DNA from: Rhodoferax sp.
Lineage (GTDB): Bacteria; Pseudomonadota; Gammaproteobacteria; Burkholderiales; Burkholderiaceae_C
Direction: 5' to 3'
NCBI GenBank assembly: GCA_044344025.1
Contig: JBIJDQ010000001.1
Span: forward strand, 1 to 36,107
Length of the DNA stretch: 36,107 bases
The translations under genes were made by a program, and so were the position numbers. Shown in pieces: positions 29,085-36,107 of this stretch; the stretch's first letter is position 1, and every line of letters begins with the position of its first letter. The notes beneath the pieces were generated by a model that made no database searches, was not told the origin of the DNA, and saw nothing but the letters and a program-made list of their open reading frames with translations.

Positions 29085-30560
29085 ATGGGTTTGCTGAGCC
29101 TGGCTATTTGGACACCGATTGCCTTCGGTGTGGTGTTGCTTGCGTTGGGTCGAGACGATCAGGCGAAAGCAGTTCGTTGGATTGCGTTATTGGGTGCGGT
29201 AGTTAGCTTGATCGTCACGCTGCCCTTGTATGTGCGGTTTGATCTCACAACCGCTGCGATGCAGTTTGTTGAAAAAGCACCCTGGATCGAACGCTTCAAC
29301 GTCAATTACCACCTTGGGATTGATGGGATTTCCGTATGGTTCATTTTGTTGACTGCATTCATCAATGTGATCGTCGTCATCGCCGGCTGGGAGGTGATTA
29401 CTCGCCGGGTGAACCAGTATATGGGTGCGTTCCTGATCCTGAGTGGCTTGATGATTGGCGTGTTCTGTGCGCTTGACGGGATGTTGTTTTATGTCTTTTT
29501 CGAGGCAACACTGATTCCGATGTACTTGATTATCGGGATTTGGGGTGGGGCTAACAAGATCTACGCTGCGTTCAAGTTTTTCTTGTACACGTTGTTGGGC
29601 TCTCTGCTGATGCTGGTTGCGTTGATTTATCTTTACTCAACCTCGGGCGGTAGTTTCGACTTGGCAACTTGGCATAAATTGCCACTTGGTGACACCGCGC
29701 AGACATTGCTGTTTTTTGCATTCCTTTCGGCTTTCGCGGTGAAGGTGCCGATGTGGCCAGTGCACACTTGGTTGCCTGATGTTCACGTTGAGGCCCCGAC
29801 TGGGGGGTCAGCTGTGTTGGCCGCGATCATGTTGAAGCTTGGTGCCTATGGTTTTCTGCGGTTTTCTTTGCCAATTGCTCCTGACGCTTCTCACGAATGG
29901 GCGGGCTTGATGATTGGTCTGTCGCTTGCAGCGGTGATTTATGTCGGTTTTGTGACCTTGGTGCAGAAAGACATGAAGAAGCTTGTTGCTTATTCGTCGG
30001 TTGCTCACATGGGGTTTGTGACCTTGGGTTTCTTTATTTTCAACGATCTGGGTGTCGCTGGCGGTATCGTTCAAATGATTTCGCACGGATTCGTTTCTGC
30101 TGCGATGTTTTTAGGCATAGGCATTTTGTATGACCGTGTTCATTCTCGTGAGATTTCGAGCTATGGCGGTGTGGTGAACACGATGCCCAAATTCACTGCT
30201 TTTGCATTGTTGTTCGCGATGGCCAACTGTGGACTGCCTGGTACAGCTGGTTTTGTGGGAGAGTGGATGGTGATCCTCGGCGCTGTAAAGTTCAATTTCT
30301 GGATTGGTATGGCCTCCGCGAGCGCCTTGATTTTTGGTGCGGCTTACACCCTATGGATGTTCAAGCGTGTTTACCTTGGACCTGTTGCGAATGACCACGT
30401 AAAACAGCTGAAAGATATTAATTCACGCGAGTTTTTTTACCTTTCGTTGCTCGCCATTGCGGTGCTTTTCATGGGCCTTTACCCTAAACCTTTCACCGAT
30501 GTGATGGACGTTTCAGTGGTTGAGCTACTTAAGCATGTGGCCCAGTCCAAACTGCATTGA
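29085..30560 (+). CDS. nuoM: NADH-quinone oxidoreductase subunit M
   Basis: VKVPMWPVHTWLPDVHVEAP, AYSSVAHMG. Confidence 0.97.
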   Translation: MGLLSLAIWTPIAFGVVLLALGRDDQAKAVRWIALLGAVVSLIVTLPLYVRFDLTTAAMQFVEKAPWIERFNVNYHLGIDGISVWFILLTAFINVIVVIAGWEVITRRVNQYMGAFLILSGLMIGVFCALDGMLFYVFFEATLIPMYLIIGIWGGANKIYAAFKFFLYTLLGSLLMLVALIYLYSTSGGSFDLATWHKLPLGDTAQTLLFFAFLSAFAVKVPMWPVHTWLPDVHVEAPTGGSAVLAAIMLKLGAYGFLRFSLPIAPDASHEWAGLMIGLSLAAVIYVGFVTLVQKDMKKLVAYSSVAHMGFVTLGFFIFNDLGVAGGIVQMISHGFVSAAMFLGIGILYDRVHSREISSYGGVVNTMPKFTAFALLFAMANCGLPGTAGFVGEWMVILGAVKFNFWIGMASASALIFGAAYTLWMFKRVYLGPVANDHVKQLKDINSREFFYLSLLAIAVLFMGLYPKPFTDVMDVSVVELLKHVAQSKLH

Positions 30561-30597
30561 TCAGTTTGCGTTGACTATTCAGAGATAAGAGATTTCT

Positions 30598-32085
30598 ATG
30601 ATTGACAAACTCAGTTTGATCGCCGTTATTCCCGAAATAATTTTGCTGGTTATGGGGTGTGCGATCGCCTTGTTTGACATCAGCGTAAAGAGTCGGACTC
30701 GAACCCCCACTTATTTGCTGACGATGTTGACATTGGCTGTTGTTGCGGCATTAGAAGCCAACTACGCGATGGCTGCAAACACCATTTATGGTTTTGGGAA
30801 TATGGTGGTAAATGACGGGATGGGTAGTTGGCTCAAATGTTTCGCATCCCTGGCCGTGATGGTGACCTTGGTGTATGGGCGGCCTTACTCTGCGGATCGT
30901 GATATGTTGCGGGGTGGTGAACTGTTCGTTCTCAGCATCTTTGCGTTGCTAGGTATGTTCGTGATGATTTCCGGGAATAATTTTCTGGTGATTTACATGG
31001 GCATTGAGTTACTGACGTTGTCAAGCTATGCGTTGGTTGCGCTTCGAAGAGATCATGCGGTATCAATTGAGGCCGCAATGAAGTATTTTGTTTTGGGGGC
31101 TTTGGCTTCCGGTTTCTTGTTGTACGGCATGTCCATGTTGTACGGTGCCACCGGTTCGTTGAACTTACAGGAAGTGTCTAAGGCCATAGGTTCGGGTCAG
31201 ATCAAGCATCAGGTGCTGGTTTTCGGACTGGTTTTTCTTGTCTCTGGTTTGGCATTTAAGCTTGGCGTTGTTCCATTCCACATGTGGATTCCTGACGTCT
31301 ATCAGGGAGCACCTACAGCTGTTACGCTGTTGATCGGCGGCGCGCCTAAATTGGCTGCGTTTGCAGTGATGGTTCGGTTGCTGGTTGAGGGTTTGTTTCC
31401 GCTTGCGTTTGACTGGCAACAGATGCTCATGCTGCTTGCGGTGGGATCACTCGCTATTGGTAACCTGGCGGCGATCGCTCAGACAAACATCAAGCGAATG
31501 CTTGCGTATTCGACCATCTCACATATGGGTTTTGTTTTGATTGGCATGATGTCCGGCGTTGTGGTTGGGCACGGAGAGGCAGCGGGTAATGCCTACAGTT
31601 CTTCCATGTTTTACGTGGTGTCTTATGTGCTGACCACTTTGGCCAGTTTTGGTGTAATCCTGTTATTGGCACGGAACGGATTTGAAAGTGAAGAAATATC
31701 CGACTTTGCTGGCTTGAATCAGCGTAGCCCTTTCTATGCAGGCATCATGGCGATGTGTCTTTTTTCGCTGGCGGGCATTCCACCCATGATTGGTTTTTAC
31801 GGAAAATTAGCTGTGTTGCAGGCGTTGGTGGCTGCGGGTGGAACCATGCACATGGGTTTGGCGGTGTTTGCAGTGCTGATGTCGCTAATCGGTGCGTTTT
31901 ATTATCTGCGTGTGGTGAAAGTGATGTATTTCGATGCGCCGATCACCGCAGTTGAAGTTTCCGCGCCTTTTGATGTCCGCGCTGTGCTGTCACTGAACGG
32001 TGCCTTGTTATTAGTGCTTGGCCTTTTGCCAGGTGGTTTAATGGCCTTGTGCGCCAGTGCGGTCGTACAAATGTTGGCTAACTGA
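30598..32085 (+). CDS. nuoN: NADH-quinone oxidoreductase subunit N
   Basis: [38 protein letters not shown]. Confidence 0.97.
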   Translation: MIDKLSLIAVIPEIILLVMGCAIALFDISVKSRTRTPTYLLTMLTLAVVAALEANYAMAANTIYGFGNMVVNDGMGSWLKCFASLAVMVTLVYGRPYSADRDMLRGGELFVLSIFALLGMFVMISGNNFLVIYMGIELLTLSSYALVALRRDHAVSIEAAMKYFVLGALASGFLLYGMSMLYGATGSLNLQEVSKAIGSGQIKHQVLVFGLVFLVSGLAFKLGVVPFHMWIPDVYQGAPTAVTLLIGGAPKLAAFAVMVRLLVEGLFPLAFDWQQMLMLLAVGSLAIGNLAAIAQTNIKRMLAYSTISHMGFVLIGMMSGVVVGHGEAAGNAYSSSMFYVVSYVLTTLASFGVILLLARNGFESEEISDFAGLNQRSPFYAGIMAMCLFSLAGIPPMIGFYGKLAVLQALVAAGGTMHMGLAVFAVLMSLIGAFYYLRVVKVMYFDAPITAVEVSAPFDVRAVLSLNGALLLVLGLLPGGLMALCASAVVQMLAN

Positions 32086-32113
32086 TAGCACGGCTTCTGT
32101 ATTTGGCTTCTGT

Positions 32114-32713
32114 ATGAGTGGCGATTGTGGTGAGTACCTTTTTGAGGAAAAGCTTGGCAGTGTAGAGTTGTTCAAAGGGAAGTTCCTTCACGCCTTTCGC
32201 GACGAAGTTCTTTTGCCTAACGGTGCACATGCTAGCCGTGAGTATGTAGTTCACCCCGGTGCGGTGATGGTCATCCCATTGATTGAGCTTGCTGGCGAGC
32301 CCTTGCGTGTCGTTATGGAACGGCAGTACCGTTATCCTATTGGGCGAGTGATGATCGAGTTTCCGGCGGGGAAGCTGGATCCTGGTGAAACATGTTTTCG
32401 GTGCGCTCAGCGGGAGTTGAGCGAAGAAACTGGCTATACCGCTGCTGAATGGGCTCATGCAGGTGTGCTGCATCCTGTAATTGCCTACTCCACAGAGTTT
32501 ATTGACATCTGGTTCGCGCGCGATCTGACCTCGGGTCTTCGGTGCCTGGACGATGGTGAATTTTTGGAAGTGATCACCGCAACACCGGCAGAGTTGTTTG
32601 GGTGGTGTCAGGATGGCCGGGTGACTGACGGAAAAACCCTTGCAGCGGCCTTTTGGCTGCAAAATCTCGTTACAGGCGCTTGGTACCCTGATTGGCAGCC
32701 TGTTTTCGGTTGA
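32114..32713 (+). CDS. NUDIX hydrolase (ADP-ribose pyrophosphatase-like)
   Basis: Nudix box GKLDPGE...AQRELSEETGY; HPGAV, RQYRYP, LDDGEFL. Confidence 0.92.
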   Translation: MSGDCGEYLFEEKLGSVELFKGKFLHAFRDEVLLPNGAHASREYVVHPGAVMVIPLIELAGEPLRVVMERQYRYPIGRVMIEFPAGKLDPGETCFRCAQRELSEETGYTAAEWAHAGVLHPVIAYSTEFIDIWFARDLTSGLRCLDDGEFLEVITATPAELFGWCQDGRVTDGKTLAAAFWLQNLVTGAWYPDWQPVFG

Positions 32714-32824
32714 GGTCATCATGCATTTTTTGCATGTGTCGATGATTGCAGTACTAAACAGCAATTGATTGGGATGCTAGTGCCTAGAATCTTTGGTATC
32801 TCATAAGACCAACCGGAGACTTGC

Positions 32825-35800
32825 ATGACCCATTCCATTCTTACTGCCTTGCGCGCTTATACCTTGGAAAACGCTGGAGCGGGATCGACAGAACTGTCTG
32901 ACTTCGTTTCGGCCTACTTTGACAATACCGATCCAGATGAGTTGCAGACCCGTGGTGCGTCTACTCTGTTGGCAATTGCCAGTGCACATCGCCGGTTAAT
33001 GGATGCTGCGCCCGATGAGGCGGGCGTTCGTATTCGTGTCTTTAATCCAACCCTTGCGGAAGATGGCTTTGTTAGTGAGCATACTGTCGTACAGATTGTT
33101 CACGAGGATATGCCTTTTTTGGTTGACTCGGTGACCATGGCCGTCAACCGCACGGGTCGCATTGCACATTGGATCGTTCACCCTTTGCTGGCTGTGACCC
33201 GAAATTCGGGTGGTCAGGTTGTCCACGCATCTTCTGCAATAGCCGAGCAAGGCCACCTGCATCAAATTTCATCCTTAATTCTGCTTGAATGTGACAGGGT
33301 GGCCTCTACCAATGATTGCGCTGCGCTGACAAACGAACTGCTGCGGGTATTGGGTGATGTCCGGGCCGCGGTGACCGACTGGTCATGCATGCTGGGGCGT
33401 TTGCAGTCGGTGAGGGAAGAGTCTGCACACTCCAGCTTGTCAGTAACCGGATTACAGGAAGGGACCGAGTTTTTGGCCTGGTTGGAACGTCAGCACTTTA
33501 CTTTTTTGGGCGCCCGTGACTACCAATTGGTGCGTGATGATGATGGCGTGAGTCTTTTGGCGGTTCCCCAGACGGGTCTTGGGATTATGAGGGGTGAGCC
33601 GAAAACACCCATGAGTCGTTTGCCGCTCGATGCACACGATTTTTTGGATTCTGACCATTTAGTTTTGGTTACTAAAGCCATGACTCGGTCCACGGTTCAC
33701 CGCCCGGCCTGGCTGGACTGCCTCACTGTCAAGCGTTTTGACGTCGCAGGAAAAGTCATTGGCGAGGCCAGGTTCCTGGGCCTGTACACCTCAAAAGCAT
33801 ATGCCGCCTCAGTAAATGATATTCCTCAGATTAGACGGCGGGCTGCAGAAGTCATGGCAGCGGCAGGTGTTCTACCGGAAAGCCACGCGGCGAAGGCGTT
33901 GCAGTCGATTCTTGACGCGTATCCGCGTGACGAACTGTTTCAGGTAGACACCGCCACCTTGACGGACCACGCGCTGGGGATATTGCGCCTTCAAGAGCGG
34001 CAGCGTTCACGGGTTTTCTTGCGTCGTGACCCGTTTGGGCGCTTCACTTCTGCCCAGGTGTTTGTGCCCCGTGACCGCTACAACACCGAGCTCAGAAGCA
34101 AAATCGGCGATGAACTATGTCGCGCGTTGGATGGTCAATCCATCGAGTTCACCCCTATGCTGACCAACAGTCCCTTGGCGCGTATTCATTACCTTGTCAG
34201 GGCTCGTCAACAGGCACCCAAGAACATCGATATGTCAGCACTTGAGGCGCTCGTTACTCGGCTGGCACAAAGATGGGAAGACGACTGCAAGCGAGTTTTG
34301 TTACAAGTGCACGGGGAGGTTCGTGGCTCTGCATTGGCAAACCGTTTTTCTGGCGGTTTTCCTCCTGCGTACAAAGATGATTTCCCAGGTCCGATGGCGG
34401 CCGATGATGTTAATGTGCTTTCGGGCTTGACGGAGGCGGCACCCATGGCGGTCCGGCTGTACCGTCCCGTGGACAGCACTGGCGGTTTGGTTCGATTCAA
34501 GGTGTTCAGCCTGCGCAAAGTTGCGTTGTCAGATTCACTCCCGGTACTTGAACGCATGGGTGCTCGCGTACTTGACGAACATCCCTATCACGTCAAAGAC
34601 ACAGAAAGCGGCGCGGATTCAGTGGGCTACTGGATACATGACTTGGGCTTACAACTGCCGACAAGCTCAGAATTTTCATTGATTCGTGACCGCTTTGAAG
34701 CCCTTTTTGCGCAGGTTTGGTGCAATGCGTTTGACAGCGACGATCTCAACAAATTGGTGCTAGTCACCACACTGGATGCGCGGGCCATTGCTGTGTTGCG
34801 GGCCTACACTCGTTATTTCAAGCAACTTGGTTTTCCGTACAGTCAAAGCTACCTTGAGGCGACGTTACAAAAAAACGCAACTTTGACACAGCACCTGTAC
34901 CAACTTTTTGATGCCCGCTTTAACCCGCTTCAGACCATCGGCAGTCAAGCGGCGCAAGACAAGCAGACTTTGGCCATTGAGGCCCAACTCGCTGCTGTCC
35001 CCAGCTTGGACGAGGACAGAATTCTGCGCCAGTATTTCAAGGCCATTTTGGCGACAGTGCGCACCAATTTCTGGCAGCTTGCCAAGACCGGTGGCAACAA
35101 GCCCTACATGAGTTTCAAGTTTCATTCCAAGGATGTGCCCGGCATGCCGGACCCCAAGCCCTTGTTTGAAATATGGGTCTATTCGCCACGGGTGGAAGGC
35201 ATTCACCTGCGTATCGACAAAGTTGCCCGAGGTGGTCTGCGGTGGTCAGATCGACGCGAGGACTTTCGCACCGAAATTCTTGGGTTGGTCAAGGCGCAGC
35301 AGGTCAAGAATACGGTCATCGTGCCGGTGGGTTCAAAAGGTGGTTTTGTCCTCAAGAACGCACCAGCGGCCAGTGACCGTGATGCCTACATGGCTGAGGG
35401 AATTGCCTGTTACAAGTTGTTTCTCTCCGGGCTGCTTGATTTGACCGACAACCTGGTCAAGGGGCAGATCGTGGCACCGACTCAAGTGGTACGTCACGAC
35501 GCGGATGACCCCTATCTGGTGGTTGCTGCAGACAAAGGGACGGCCAGCTTTTCCGATACCGCCAACAGCGTGTCAGCAGACTACGGGTTCTGGCTGGGAG
35601 ATGCCTTTGCGTCTGGCGGTTCAGTGGGCTATGACCACAAGAAAATGGGCATCACCGCCCGTGGTGCATGGGAGTCAGCCAAACGCCATTTCCGGGCCTT
35701 GTCGCGCGACATCCAAACCACTCCCTTCACAGTGATGGGAATCGGTGACATGTCGGGCGATGTTTTTGGCAACGGCATGTTGTTGTCTCCACAAACAAGG

Positions 35801-36107
35801 CTGTTGGCTGCCTTCGACCACCGTCATATCTTTATTGACCCGAATCCAGATGTGACCTGCAGTTTTGCCGAGCGCAAGCGCCTGTTCGATTTGCCCCGCT
35901 CCAGTTGGGACGATTACGACCGTGCTGCCTTGTCTGAGGGTGGTGGCATCTACGCGCGGTCAGCCAAGTCGATCAGTCTTTCACCTGCGGCCTACATTGC
36001 CTTGGGCTTGGAAGCCAGAGAGTTTTCGCCAGCGGATTTGTTGCATGCCTTGTTGATGGCACCGGTTGACATGATTTACAACGGTGGCATTGGCACCTAC
36101 GTCAAAT
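32825..36107 (+). CDS. gdhB: Large NAD-specific glutamate dehydrogenase (partial, runs off the window)
   Basis: GGAGA RBS and ATG at 32825; motifs DMPFLVDSV, ARGGLRWSDRREDFRTE, VAADKGTA, GIGDMSGDVFGNGML; last motif NGGIGTYVK is in frame with the start. Missing from the ORF track because no stop is in the window. Confidence 0.95.
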   Translation, partial: MTHSILTALRAYTLENAGAGSTELSDFVSAYFDNTDPDELQTRGASTLLAIASAHRRLMDAAPDEAGVRIRVFNPTLAEDGFVSEHTVVQIVHEDMPFLVDSVTMAVNRTGRIAHWIVHPLLAVTRNSGGQVVHASSAIAEQGHLHQISSLILLECDRVASTNDCAALTNELLRVLGDVRAAVTDWSCMLGRLQSVREESAHSSLSVTGLQEGTEFLAWLERQHFTFLGARDYQLVRDDDGVSLLAVPQTGLGIMRGEPKTPMSRLPLDAHDFLDSDHLVLVTKAMTRSTVHRPAWLDCLTVKRFDVAGKVIGEARFLGLYTSKAYAASVNDIPQIRRRAAEVMAAAGVLPESHAAKALQSILDAYPRDELFQVDTATLTDHALGILRLQERQRSRVFLRRDPFGRFTSAQVFVPRDRYNTELRSKIGDELCRALDGQSIEFTPMLTNSPLARIHYLVRARQQAPKNIDMSALEALVTRLAQRWEDDCKRVLLQVHGEVRGSALANRFSGGFPPAYKDDFPGPMAADDVNVLSGLTEAAPMAVRLYRPVDSTGGLVRFKVFSLRKVALSDSLPVLERMGARVLDEHPYHVKDTESGADSVGYWIHDLGLQLPTSSEFSLIRDRFEALFAQVWCNAFDSDDLNKLVLVTTLDARAIAVLRAYTRYFKQLGFPYSQSYLEATLQKNATLTQHLYQLFDARFNPLQTIGSQAAQDKQTLAIEAQLAAVPSLDEDRILRQYFKAILATVRTNFWQLAKTGGNKPYMSFKFHSKDVPGMPDPKPLFEIWVYSPRVEGIHLRIDKVARGGLRWSDRREDFRTEILGLVKAQQVKNTVIVPVGSKGGFVLKNAPAASDRDAYMAEGIACYKLFLSGLLDLTDNLVKGQIVAPTQVVRHDADDPYLVVAADKGTASFSDTANSVSADYGFWLGDAFASGGSVGYDHKKMGITARGAWESAKRHFRALSRDIQTTPFTVMGIGDMSGDVFGNGMLLSPQTRLLAAFDHRHIFIDPNPDVTCSFAERKRLFDLPRSSWDDYDRAALSEGGGIYARSAKSISLSPAAYIALGLEAREFSPADLLHALLMAPVDMIYNGGIGTYVK

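Noticed and set aside
1-36107. CRISPR array, rRNA or prophage genes
   Set aside because: No regularly spaced repeats, rRNA-like sequence or phage proteins seen by eye

Overview
Chromosomal window from a Comamonadaceae-like betaproteobacterium (gene order and proteins look Rhodoferax-like; this is an inference). The first ~6.3 kb is accessory. It holds a gene truncated by a 3,436-bp IS21-family element (383-3818) that carries two extra translationally coupled ORFs: a multi-CxxC zinc-binding protein upstream of istA and a small acidic protein with an SSB-like C-terminal tip downstream of istB. The element also has a ~380-bp structured non-coding left end with an outward promoter candidate. Next come a fused IS630/IS1634 relic, a choice-of-anchor-A PEP-CTERM surface protein, a kynureninase (kynU) relic and a small membrane protein. 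The rest is core genome: YkgJ-argF-argD, DUF3579, rpsT, murJ, SirB1, rpsO-pnp, a quinone oxidoreductase, tpiA-secG, tRNA-Leu(GAG), the complete nuoA-N complex I operon, a NUDIX hydrolase and a large NAD-glutamate dehydrogenase running off the right edge. The best candidate for an undescribed system is the four-gene IS21 element with its putative internal RNA. All family assignments come from recognised motifs; no database search was run.
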